From NCBI GenBank assembly GCA_047495785.1, contig JBLDXI010000014.1, positions 62,001-126,000 on the forward strand: DNA of 64,000 bases, given 5' to 3'. The notes under the pieces are model-generated. The model worked only from the letters and a program-made list of their open reading frames with translations. It ran no database searches and had not been told where the DNA came from. The first letter of the stretch is position 1; each line of letters opens with the position of its first letter. The position numbers and the translations under genes were made by a program. Below are positions 48,864 through 61,865 of the stretch, piece after piece. This DNA comes from Lepidodermella squamata. Taxonomy: Eukaryota > Animalia > Gastrotricha.

Positions 48864-50596
48864 ATGAAGTCATTTAAGCCTTACCTTATGAGACTTTTCA
48901 ACATGGGAATCTCTGAAAAAGTTTTTCTTAGGGATTGGAAAGCATCAATTGTGACCCCTCTTCACAAGTCAGGAAATAGAACAGATGTCGCCAACTATCG
49001 CCCGATCTCTATCACATCGCCGGTTGCTCGAACGTTCGAACGATGCTTAGCTTTTCAACTAAAAGCTCATCTCTCTAAGTTCTAAGTTTTGGTCGCCATC
49101 GCAGCATGGCTTCCGGGAAAAGCACTCAACTGACACTTGCGTAGCTGAGTTCACTGAGGATTGGCGGCAATCTATGTGTAATGGCAAGGTTGTTGCTGCT
49201 GTTTCTATCGACTTATCGAAGGCTTTCGATACACTCAACCACGCGGGCATTATCGAATCTTTTCGTAGCGCCGGCCTATCACCGTCGGCATTGCAACTGA
49301 TAGAAAACTACCTTCAAGGTCGCCAACAAGCAACTAAGGTCAACAACGAATTGTCTTCATTCGAATCGGTGAATCTCGGCGTTCCACAGGGATCCGTACT
49401 TGGACCCCTAATGTTTACGGTTTACGTCAACGAATTGTCAGCAGTTGTTACTCGGTGCAGAATAAAGCAATACGCCGACGATATCACAATTTACTTTTCA
49501 AGCAGAAATGTCAATGAATTACGATCAGTTCTACAGCAAGAGATGAATCGTGTTTGCTCATGGCTCAGCAGCAACTCTTTGGCAGTTAATGGGAAAAAGT
49601 CGCAGTTTTTGCTTTTGAAATGTGCTATGCCATCCGCGCCGGATTTTTCCATCACTATCGGCGACACAGTTATCGGACCATCAAACGTTATGATCACTCT
49701 TGGCTTCACCATTGACTGCAAACTTTCCTTCAAAAAACATATCAAAGGTGCAAAGTGCAAAGAGCAAGGCTCGACGGGGATTGTATGCCCTCAAACTAGC
49801 TGCGAAATTCGTCGACCGAAAAACTGCCATCATGATGGCCAATGGCTTGATATTCAGCCATATCAATTACGGTGACCTAACCTTAGGTCAGGCAGCACCG
49901 ACTACTCTAGCAAAGCTTCAGTCAACGCAAGATCGTGCCGTCCGAATCATATGCGGCGCTCACTCACTCGCAGATGCGGAGCCTCTTCGCCATCGACTCG
50001 GCTGGGTCAACGTTCAACAGAAACACGCCATCCATTTGGCGACATTCATCCACAATTGCCTGAATAAACAAGCACCGGCTGCAATTCAAACACTTTTCCA
50101 GCTGAACCCGGTCGGCAGCTACTCAACACGTAACACTGAGCCAATGTTCAAGCCGACGTATTTGTCAGTTCGTGGCACGTTGAGCCTTAGCTATCGCGGT
50201 CCCGATCTCTGGAATAAACTGCCTGCCGAAGCTCAAAATGCTGAGTCAGCTGAAGCGTGCCGCTCAAATGTTTATGCTTATTTTTACGAAAGAAATTCCA
50301 CTGGTTTAGGCCTATGATAAATTCGATACACTATATATTTTTATAATGCTGCGATGCTGTTTTGTTGTGATGTTATTATGATTTTGTTATTTTACTTAAT
50401 TCTCATCATTGTTCAATCGCTCACCCTTGCTATATGCACTTAATGACATTTTTTATGTCATCATTCGCCAATGTCCTATACCTCTGTAACCTGTCCTGCA
50501 ATTATCTGTTTCATTTTCAATTCACTATTGTCAAGCTGCTCTCTCTTGGGCGTCATAGCTTTGAAATAAAATAAATAAATAAATAAATAAATAAAA
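48864..50596 (+). mobile_element. 5'-truncated L2/Crack-like LINE with RT domain and (TAAA)n tail
   Basis: DWKASIVTPLHKSG...NYRPISI, DLSKAFDT, GVPQGSVLGPLMF, QYADD, GPDLWNKLP. One stop (49083-49085) and a frameshift from a 7-bp tandem duplication (49748-49761). (TAAA)n tail at 50564-50596. Confidence 0.93.
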
Positions 50597-51037
50597 GACC
50601 GTAAAAACGAGAAAATGCGTGAGAGGTGGCGGATACCAACTTCTGATACCAAAATAGTGAACCCTCGGTTCGAATTCTCTGCACCAATGCTACAACAGCA
50701 CAAGGCGAACATCACCGCCGGCGATTGGCCGAATGAGCACGCTTACAGTTGTTTTTCATTGCGTTACGAATCTCACCTATAAGCCCTGAGCGCTTCGATT
50801 AGTTACTCGACCTCATCTCGCCTCACTTTCCACCATATCGAATTTAACGCCGCCCCATCGAATTTGCAACGGCGAACCTCGCAATCACCCTAAGATTCTT
50901 GCTAAGCGATGAAAAAACGATCGCTTTCAGCTATCGAGTTGGTATCAGCAACGTCGGACTGATTCTTTGCGAAACTCCAAGGGCTATCGACCCTTAGCAC
51001 GTGGCGGTGAAAATTGCATGCGTTCAATTTTGGCGTC

Positions 51038-51705
51038 GCGCCTACCCAATTAGGCTTCCCAGCAAGATAGGTCAAGTTAAGCGCGTTTTCGGCGCTATCT
51101 TTGGCGAAATGTGCGCCCAGTTTTCGACCAAGCCACCGATGCCTGTCCAAATAATCCCGTTTCCGCTATCTTCCATTACGCGCCACCTGGCGCCACCTGG
51201 CGAAAAAGACCGAAATCCAGCGCGCGGTGAGACGTGAATTCGAGAAGCTGCTAGGCGACCTGCTCTTATACCACATCTCAGAGTATAAGTCGTCGTCGGT
51301 GCGGCCAAAAGTATTATGTCCAAGAGTGTTAATTTTGAGATAAATCGAAAAAAACAGCTTTATTTTCGAAATTTTCAGTATGAAATATTTCACCGAGTTG
51401 CACATGCGGGTAGTTGATCACGGCGGATCGACATAATACTTTTGGTGCTCCCGGATAGAAATTTTTCATGATTCTCACTGATAGATTTGAAATTCTCACT
51501 GATGATGCGCGCGCATGGGAATTTGAGCTACCATAAAATCATGCGAACGCACGTAGCAATATAATAATTTATCATATAAATCTCAATATAAAAGAGCTCT
51601 TTTCGAGCTAAAGATATAAAAGAGCGCCTAGTCAATTAGGCTTCCCAGCACGATAGGTCAAGTTGAGCGCGTTTTCGGTGCTATCATTGGCGAAATGTGC
51701 GCCCA
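51038..51705. repeat. 82-bp direct repeat pair within a probable DNA-transposon relic
   Basis: 51038-51119 vs 51624-51705 match at 76/82. An internal inverted repeat CCAAAAGTATTATGTC / GACATAATACTTTTGG lies between them. Confidence 0.8.
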
Positions 51706-54700
51706 AACGAGCAAAAAGACACAAAAGTGGACATAATACTTATGATCCCTGGCGAATTTTGAGATGCGGTTTTCAGAATAATGACCGGCTTTAAATTCTG
51801 AGCCCGAAACTGTGAAAATCTCATTTTCGATTTTGGATTTGACCGCACCGACGGCGCAATTGAAGCATTGTTTCACAGCTCGGCTAGCAGAAAATATTTT
51901 TTACGAGCAATCGCTTTTCATCGGTAATTGAACGAGACCAAGGGAAATATTGAGATATCAAGTTCATCTACCTGGTGACTGGACGTGTTTCTCAATGGTG
52001 ATCGATGCTCACTGAAAAAAATAACACGCCGATTGCAAGAAAACAATGTAACACGACTCGGCATAAAACAATGCGTCATTTGTTACCCCTCCTAACAGAA
52101 GAAAATCTCTGCGAACTCGGTAAACTCGGGATGCCGTGTCAACTGTTAACTGATGTGACAGGCTGCCAGCGAGACCGTTTGTTGTTCAACTAAAACTGTG
52201 CAGATTTTCAGTAAAAAAGTAAGAGACAGCTAGCGACGCGGGTTATCGTTTGACTGCTTCTGTAAAGGTGCCGAAATATCAAACAAAAGTTTTTCTCATT
52301 ACTGCTCGTAAGTCTGTCGGGAACTCTTGCTTCCAGTCTCCGTCGGTCTTTCTTGACGGCTGTACATTCACCATAAATACAAAGTCTTTACTTTTCTCGC
52401 TTTGATTCCTGTTCGCCGTTCATATATTATGCGATGTCCTTGATCAGCATCTGCTTCATCTGAGCTATAAAATCAGCACAACGATATCCTGTAAGCAAAA
52501 GCTGCAATGGGGGTTAACGCCTGTCAGCCGGGTTAACCGTGTTCAAAACGCCAACAAATATGATAAGCGATCACGCGCAGCAGCGGCAGCGGCGGCAGCA
52601 GCAGTAGCAGTAGCAATAATAGCGCAAGTAAGAAGCGATACAAACGATGTAGCGTTTGACGAGGCAACAACGAACAACACTCATAAAACGGGCGCGATAT
52701 TGAAAGAATTAGCCGAAAAGCGTAAAAAATCGCACAAAATATGGGGTGCAACGTACCATTATGGCCAAAAACACGAAGGAAAACTCAGTTAAAATGCCAG
52801 TTTGAGAATCAAAACGAAGACATGAAGAACAAGGTAACTATTCATTGGAAAGTTACGCTTGCAAAAGCGGGTGTAATTGCGGGAAGAAATTAGGTATTTC
52901 AACACCTGGCGATGAATTATAGTTGATGAAGCAAGCCTCGAAGATTTCAAGTTAAAAAGCAGTGCTTAGAGTTGAAAACTTAAATTGAAGCAAATTGGCA
53001 AATTGGCTGCCTGAAGCTCTGATAAAAAGCAGACATATAGAAAACATCGTCGAACTAGTTGAGGAGGTTGACACAAGTCTTCCGAGTAAAATAAATGAGA
53101 CTTCCTTTTATTCATATAAATTAATAGACTTTGTAGTGATTTCGTCGCGTAATACAAACATATATTCATCCATAAATAAATAGCATCATATTTTCAATTT
53201 GTAGGTATAAGGTAAGATTAATTTGTGTTTTGCCAAGTGTATGTGTAAAGAATACGTTTAAAATATCAAAGATTAACCTGATGTATAAGTTAGATAAGAC
53301 GATTGCCGCGATCTCCTGTTTGTCGCCATCAAAGGATAGCGGGAAGATGTAAGAAGTATTTTCCATCGTGGAAAACGGCACCAATAATCGCGCTGAAGAT
53401 GGAGATCTACTGCACTGCTCAAACCAACCATAAGAAAGCACCTTTGCAGTTTTCTCAAAGGACAAAGAACGCGAGCCACTGCGCAGAACAAGAAGAGGCC
53501 TTAACTTAACAGGCTGGCTCGTCTACTAATTATTCAACTTCGCGAGGTGCAAACGAAAGACGCGCTGCGAAAGTAAAGAAGGCCATCAGCATCGCATGCC
53601 TTGAACAGACGCGGCGTACCGACCAGCGGAATCAAAACTTGACGCGAAATTCTAATCGTTCGCGTGAAGACAATGTGAAAAATTAAAAGATGGAAAGTTT
53701 AAACCATCATCGTGTATTATTGTTACTTCAACTATTTCAATATAATAATTATAGTTCATAGCATATATGCTAAATGTAATATAATATATCTTCCGTGACA
53801 TTATAGAATTCGACATTCATCATTTTTTTCCATTCATCAATTCATTCAATTTTTTTGCAAGACACAAATAAGGTACTTTTCAAGTATTCGTAAATAAGAA
53901 GTAAAACAATTTTTAAAGTAACATACGATGTAGTAATAAATAAAGTTTAATCATCACAAATTTCGTCTGTAACGCGCGTGATATCAATATTCAATAAAAC
54001 AAAAAAACACAAAACGCGCTCAATCTTATATGACAATATTTCATTTTTGTTAAGAATAGAAAGAAAAACGAAAGAGAAAACATTATCGTCGCGGCAAAAA
54101 TGCTTCCGCGTTATCGCATCATGCTCGGCTCGAGTTCATGTTTAACCGTAGGATTAACGTATGAAATATTCTCCTATTATTAATTAATTAATTATCGAAA
54201 GGATGACAATGAAAGGTGTTTTTCAGACGTAATCCACTCTTCGTCTAACAAACGCGATAATCTGCTTCTTCTCTCAAAAAGAGGAAAGGCCATTAGGAAA
54301 CGGCACAGGGCCTTCCGAAGTTAAATAGCAGATAATAAATGTAACATATTATTACAAGATTTGTAATGAAATTGTCGAATTGCCTCTCTTGCGATAGGAT
54401 TGCCTGGTGATGGATGATGGCGGCGATTACTATTTATTGAAGCCCTTGATTAACAAAACATTGTTCTTCTCGGTATTTAGTTAAAAGTTGTCATGGTCGT
54501 AGAGAGAAATGAGAGCTACGCGATGAGCCTATTGTCATCAAGTGGTCATCAGAGAATAGATAAAAAGAGATATTACATAGTAGTATTTTGTCAAAAATCA
54601 TGATACCATACAAACTTTTTGAACCGCAACAAATATTTCAGATCATATTTTCAAGGTGTAAACAACCACATCACTTTTCTGAATTATCTACGAATATAAG

Positions 54701-55236
54701 TATTTGAATTTTGATATCATTACCATCATCATCATCATCGTGATTCACGCGTTCTGCATTTTCAATCATTCCGACCGTTATAAACCAATTTTAAATCGTC
54801 AATTTTGCCAAGTATAAACTGTACACAATTTTGTACGAGATAGAGAGCGAGTAGATGATGAGACGAAGACATCGAGCGACCTTGATGGTGTTGAGGAACA
54901 AAGAAAATGAACAAAAACTGGTTTATCATCGATTAATTTTCGAACAGTAAAATGACAACAAGACATGGAAGAAAGCCTTTAGGTTTCTCTCGTGTGAATG
55001 AAGTGGAAAATATATCGAAATATCAACGTGAAGACGATGATGAGAGAAGAGGATCGAACGAGGGCAATATTTTGGTACGAGCGAGTTTTGTGTTGAAAAA
55101 ATAGTCGACTTCAAATAAGACGGGTGGGGTGAATCACTGAATCATTCTCAATCGAAACTCGGCATCGCGTGTGTGTATTGCTGACTTGTTGTTGCTGTTG
55201 TTGCTAGGTTAATTGAAGTGATGCGGTTGAATCGGA

Positions 55237-58134
55237 TCAGTTGTTTAGGGCGTAGAATTGATAGCCCGTGAAGCCGCTCAGTGGAATGGGAACGTGATAG
55301 AAGCGACAGCGATTGCGCGAACAACGGCCGTGTGCGAAGTCTTTGCACACACGAACGCGGCCGTCGACGACATCAACATAATCTGGCGACGGGAAATTGC
55401 CAATCGGAAAAAACAACTCAATGATAAGCCAGAAACAGAATAACTCAAACGGTGTAACAAACCTTCTGTTAAATGAACATATTTACAGTAGGCGCGGTTG
55501 CACTGGCCAGTTTTAAAATCGCGGCAAATTGGTAGGCTGTCCAATAACTGTTGAAAGAAAAGCTTTCGTTAGCTAAACCGTTGAAATTCAGGCGAATCAC
55601 AACAAAATGCTCCGATGAGTCCCACTCAGAAGTAATGCGCGTGGTTTTTAAACTTGTCAAAAATTTCAAATCCAAAAGCCGTATTATTATATAAGGAAAA
55701 CAAGCGATGGAAATTTTCTTTCGACATAGAAGTAGGAAAAAGCACACCCGAGAAGCACACCGTAATGAGTCAACTTACTTGTCGGAGCGCCTAGAGCTGT
55801 TCGTAATGGAAATGACATGCGGACATTAAAAGCTTTGTTTTCCTATCATTTTTCTTATGATCATTTTTAGATAATATTTTTGATATGAATATAATCAAAT
55901 AGCATAGCAAGCATTTAATCGGAATAATCATCATTGAAGAGAATAATCATTTGGTGATTGATTGATTGATTGGTCGTGTAATAAGATTATAATCAATAGT
56001 ATGAGGCGCGCAAGCCATTGATTTGCTAGCCGCCCTTTGCATATTTTGAATAGCGAGTCTGCAGCGCCTGGAAACCGTACCTTCCAACTTTCGTCAAAAT
56101 AAGTCACGGTGTATATATTGTTGGGCAGCACACGTGGCTGCGACTGCGACTGCTGCACCTGTTGCTGGCTGGCATTTGGGCTTAGGCTACCTCCCGCCGC
56201 GCCGCTCATCAACGAAGCGAGCTCACCAGCCGCGGCTTCGTCGCCGAGCAGCCCGACGGCGGCGGCCATCGACGCCGGGTCGAGGCCGGCCGCCGCCAGT
56301 TGCTGCTGCATCACGAAGCCGCTGTATGCAGCTGCGGCGGCTGCGGCACTAACAGGATCGCTAGCTAGATAGCATCAAGGGGAAGGGGGAGCAACACCGT
56401 ACCATAGGGATGGGTGAAATAATACAACAGAAGAAAAATTAACGAAAATACTCATAATTTTATACTGTTATAGTTACTATGCATTCGCCGAAAATAGTGA
56501 AATAATTATTGTTAATAAAAGTAATGCTACTTTTGCTGCCTATAAAAAGTTGTGCATGGCCGAACTGAAACTTTTTTGTGTTAATATGAAAGATAAATGC
56601 GGCAAAGAAAGAAAATCCGTACAAATAATAATAATAATGAAAACGACAGTAGGTACTGACATGGATCATGCAGCAGAGAGGATAGAGATGATCGTGCGAT
56701 TTATTTTTTGTTGCTACGAAATTTGCGCTAGGCATAATAAATCAGGCTGCTAATTTTCGCATTCCAATTTTTACGATTTGCATCACTGAGCATGGGACGC
56801 GGATCACTTTATTTTCCTAAAATCGAATGACCTACTTTGATAATTGTCAGTGTATTCCGGGCTGTAATAATCTGTTTGGTGGACATAATGCACATAGGCA
56901 CAAGTATTATACGATTTGTTTAGCACAGCATGAGACGCCCCTCTAGTCAACTCGAGTCGAGTGAATCTATAAGGAATGCCTCTAGTCATAGAAAACTCAC
57001 ATGAAAATCCGTTTGGAATGGCGAATCCTTGCGGAAGTTGGATCGCAACAGCGCCGGCTGTTGACTGAGCGGAGGCAGCAGGGTTTTGGAAGGCAGCGAG
57101 TTGCGCACCGGCCGGCAGTGCGAACTGCGCCGAACCGGCGGCGTTCGCCAGCGCTGCGTACTGGTACGGCGAGATGGCTCCGCCGCCGAGCGACGCCATC
57201 GCCGCCTTCATGTTCATCTCGGCCATGGCTGCAGCGGCTACGGCGGGCGATATCGTACCGGCAGGCGCCACGCCTGGCGCCCCGCTACCTGTCGCCGGGC
57301 GTTTCGACAACGGAACGAGTCCCGCGGCTGTCAACTGTGAATTGAATTAAAACATGAATAAATGAATGAAAGAAACGTGGAAATCGATGAAAATTTCGCA
57401 GAAATACTCCTTAATTTTAGCCCACCCTGTGTTTGACCCGCCCTTATTTAGACGCGACTTATATGATGTGTAACAAGCGATTTGCATTTTAGCGATGTTA
57501 TTGTTAAAAATTAAATTGAGCATACAACAATTGCTAGCACGAAAATGAGAATGCAAATGAATATGTATACAAACAGCGAGCGGAACACTGAAAATAATTT
57601 ACAAGCAATATAACCGCCCCGCCTAGGCTGATCGTGCATTATAGTGGTTACGGCAAACAAAAAAAACCATCCACAGGAAAGCCTTAGGCAGACATGCGTC
57701 TAAGCTTAGCAGCTATGCCATTTTTGAAAATCCGCCTCAACTATAGCATGTTTTAGACTGGGCAAAGCATGAAAAAAATGAAAAAAAATAAGGTAGCTGT
57801 TACATGAATACTGATGGACAATGCTCTGTTTACATGTTTTAGAAAGCTTAGCTATTGTTGTGAAATACAACAAGGGCTGCGGATGTGAAGTATTGTTTTT
57901 TTAGCAAAGGCTACGCCCCAGCACCATGCGCGGCTTGGGATGCGCGGTTTTCCTCAGAAAAAACCCATAGCTGCTGCAATAATATCAATGTCGATCATCA
58001 TGCAAACATCGACGAAATGAAAGTGAAAAAAATGAAAGCAAAAATATTAGAGGGCACGGCACAATACCAAAAGGAGATCGTCGTCTGACTGTTGTCGGCT
58101 GCGCTTTTGGCCCGCCGATTGTTGCTGTTGTTGC

Positions 58135-58168
<34 letters not shown>

Positions 58169-61100
58169 GGATTGCTGCGATTGCGGCGGCTTGTTGGTGC
58201 TGGAGCTGGTGCAGCGCCTGTTGGTTGGGACTTACGGCCGCGTCGGCGCCGTTCGACGACGACGACGACGAGGGGGCCGCCGACGAGCCGGCGGGCGGCA
58301 GCGACACAAGAAAAGATGGCGATGCTCCGGGAGCAGGAGCGTTAACATTGGTAGCATTGGCAGGCATTGCAACAGTAGCAGCAGCAGGCGAAGTTACAGC
58401 AGAAGCAGCGCCAGGCACAGCAGAGGAGCACTGTGAATGTTGGGCGGCCTATTTTTACGATTATTATTATGATTAAGATTGAATTGGCAAGACACGGATG
58501 GGTAAAGAATGCATGTCAAGAAGTCTCCAATAGTACAAGAATATTAGGGTGTGTGTACATGTGTCTCATTTTAAGATATGAGCTGAACGACTACGGTTAT
58601 AAGATTTTCATTCCCAAGTCATATGGAGAGGCAAATCAATAGCAGTTTTGTTAGGAGTGTACAGGAAAAGTGCTGGTGGGTTAAATTAAGTTGGATAGGT
58701 GGGGTATAGGGAGCCAGGTAAAAATAGGCCATTACATCACGTTCGACGCTACTCTGTTGTGTCATTTTTCAAGCAAACGTAGAACCAGTTCCGTTATTCA
58801 TTAAATAACATAGCTCTGCCTGCGTTTTTGCGTGTGCGGGAAATATTTTCGCAAGAAAATATTCCCCATTTTATCAAGTGTGCGTTTTTAAAGTTCTTTT
58901 ATTACGAAGGGTCAAGCGCGGCGCTAAGATTGGCATGCAAAAAATAGCTGGCTTTGGCAACAGATAATATGCGAGTTAAACCATGAGCAGATTTTAGCAG
59001 CATTTTAGCCCGTCCGTTACAATAATCTAGAGTCACTTTGAATTAAAAAACGCTAACACCGAAAAAAACCAGAAGCCCCACGAACAAAACCATGCGCAGC
59101 GTGAAATTAAGGGATCATACGTAAAGAAAAACCAATTTATACAAAAATCACAAGACTTGTAATATTATGCACATGCGGTTATAATACGTCGAACCAAGAC
59201 ATTTAAGCAGCGTTGATACATGCGGTTGAATGAAAGCTGATTGCTGAATTTCCGTCGCAATCGATTAAGGTAGAGCGAGCTAAAATTAGAAGCGCACAAG
59301 ACACCACCGCCCACGGCTAGAATGCACCTCTAAAATGGCTACGATATATATAGGTATTTAAAAACGCACACGACATTCGCACACACGCGAAAACAAATCA
59401 CTGGCGCAGTGATTAAAAAACTGGCAGAGTAGCGGTTAATTGTTTCATCATTTTTTAAACATGGCCAAGTCAAAAAATGAGGACAAAACAACAGAGCAGC
59501 TAAAATAACGTGTTAAGTCTTTGTTGCTGTTAATAAAATATTGTCTATATTGTTTACATGCAGTTATTTTCGACAACATTGAGTTTCTTTCGACTTTTTT
59601 TGTATTCAAATAGATGGCGGAAGCGTGGCAGCTATAGATGACAGACTTAAATTCCCGCAACTATTAAACCCTTTTCCTGAGAAGCTGATATTAGTAGTTT
59701 AAAGGTGGGAGAATTTCATCTCTCTGTGTTCATCTCATCTACATCTACAGCGGAGGGATGATGAGTTGTGATGATGATGAGAGGTGCGAAATTCTGTGTG
59801 TCATCGACCTACCTCAGCTTTGGTGCCAAGTGACGATTTGTTGCCGCTCTGACTTCCCGCCGCCGACGACGCCGACGAGGTGGTCGGCGACTGGCTGCTG
59901 GGCGGTTGCTGCTGTTGCTGCTGTTGTTGTTGTTGGGCAGCAGCGGCGGCGAGTTGTTGCGCAGCCGCCATTTGCTGAGCGACGGCGACTTGGTTGACTA
60001 GACTTTGTTGGAAATCAGCTAATTGCTGTTGTTGCTGTTGATGCTGCTGCTGTTGCTGTTGCTGGTGAACAGCGTGCTGTTGTTGCACCTGTTGCTGCTG
60101 TTGCTGTTGCGCCGCAGCGATGGCCGCAGCCAACTGCGCGTTCTGCAGCGCCATCGCCGATGACTGTCCGGCCTGCGTGTTGAACTGGAAGTTGGGCGCG
60201 AACGCAGCAGCGCTACCACCGGGAGCTGCTAGATAGCCGGCATTACTCTGCAGACAAGAAATACAAACACGTTCAATAAGCAATTCATTATTACAGGGCA
60301 AAATGGAGTGGAAAACTTGCAAGGTTTCCTTCAAGACCCCAGCTTTGAAGCAGCATTGCTTGCTTCTAATTGAGGCAAAAAGGAAAAGTTCGAATTTAAA
60401 AATACTACCTTAAAATTCATTAAAAAAGCAAATAATCTAATATTGATAAATTCTCGAAAAAATTCTCAAAAAAATTCTTGCATGTTTCCCGATAAATTAT
60501 TGTAAAAAAATAAATAAAAAGTAAGTTAAACAAGGCCGCGTACAAGAAGTTGATAAGCAGCGGCATTGTGGCCAGCCAAAGCGAGGGCAGGTGCTTGAGG
60601 ATTGGGAATCTGAATTGCCTTTCCACTGATTGGGTCGATCATTGCCTGAGAAAGAGAGACAGAGAAGAAATAGACAACAGTTAAAAATACACACAGGATG
60701 AGCGGTCATTCTCATTCATTCATCACACACGGTCATATCTTCAAATAGTGAGCTAACTAATTTGTTCATGGCATATTATTGTTTGAAAAAACGGCGTGCA
60801 CGTAACGACAACTTCATGCATGAGCGCAGATCCCGCGATTAATAGCAATACTGTCTCCAATTAAATGTTATAGATCCCATTATTTATTAAATTGGAACGA
60901 CAAATAGATCGCCGCTCTGTTTCGTTTAAATGCGTGAAAATGCAGTAAAAGTATTCTAATTGTATTTGAAAGCCAGTGAGTGTTCTCGACGGTCCCATGA
61001 AGGTATGTACGAATCATACCGACTACTACTTTGTAAACGGTCCAAGAAAGTGCGCGAACGATAATAATTATATGAGAAAGGTGCCTTCCGATTTGACGGG

Positions 61101-61865
61101 AAAGTTCAAAGAGAATGTAACCGCCCGTTTTTCCACGGCTTCAACTTACGATTGTCTGGCTATTACTGGGCACCGGCGATGACCCGCCAGCGGCGTTATG
61201 ATGATGATGCGAATGGGTCTGGTGTTTCAAAATCATTAATTACAGTTTTTCAAACAGCCATCAAGCGACACAACACATGGCTCGCGCGGGCGAGGAAATA
61301 ATACATTCATGTGACATTTAAAAGGCGGAAAATAAGCCGTAGTAGTAATACACGTCAAAAAAACGTACGAATGAGCCGGGTTGGCCGCCACCAGAGCCTC
61401 CAGCGAGCAGGCTGGCGGCAGTAAGGGCACCATTTGCCGCCGGTTGAGCGAGACCCGAGGGCTGGCCACCACCGATCATCATCTGCATCTGCATGTTCTT
61501 CAAAATCAAGTTATTGCGACCGTTTTGAAGCAATAATTCTCGAAGATGCTGAGGAGGGTGTAAATATTTGCAGGGAGGTTCTTTCCGATTACATTTTCCC
61601 TAGAAAAATTAAAAATTTCCTAATGAAAAAAAAATTGAATTCGAAATTCGAAGGTTACCTTAATGTAGTCGAAGCAACACACGACACGGCCATTTTGGAC
61701 CTCGACGTGAGGCGGCGGATGGGCGTATTTGCACTCGGTATCTGTGCGGCTGCATTTGTTTCGTTGGTATTCGCGACAGACCTCGAGCGTCAGCCAGCGC
61801 GAGTCTTTCTGGCTGATAAGATTCATAACCGGGCTGAGAGCTTGAACAGGAACCGAAAGAGCCAT
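55237..61865 (-). CDS. mbl: Muscleblind-family RNA-binding protein (two tandem CCCH pairs, Q/A-rich linker), multi-exon
   Basis: KDSRWLTLEVCREYQRNKCSR..ECKYAHP...GRVVCCFDYIK|GKCNR..PCKYLHPPQHL...NGRNNL (ZnF1/2). LDSLPICRDFKTGQCNRAYCKYVH...GRVRVCKDFAHGRCSRNRCRFYH (ZnF3/4). Stop at 55237-55239. Confidence 0.96.
58119..58169 (-). repeat. Coding trinucleotide repeat (Q17) in muscleblind
   Basis: 17 consecutive Gln codons, 15 CAA and 2 CAG. Confidence 0.9.

Noticed and set aside
52577-52615. YGCY cluster on the mbl strand as an autoregulatory 3'-UTR site
   Set aside because: It lies 2.6 kb past the stop and beyond AATAAA signals near 54435 and 53110; it may be a simple microsatellite.
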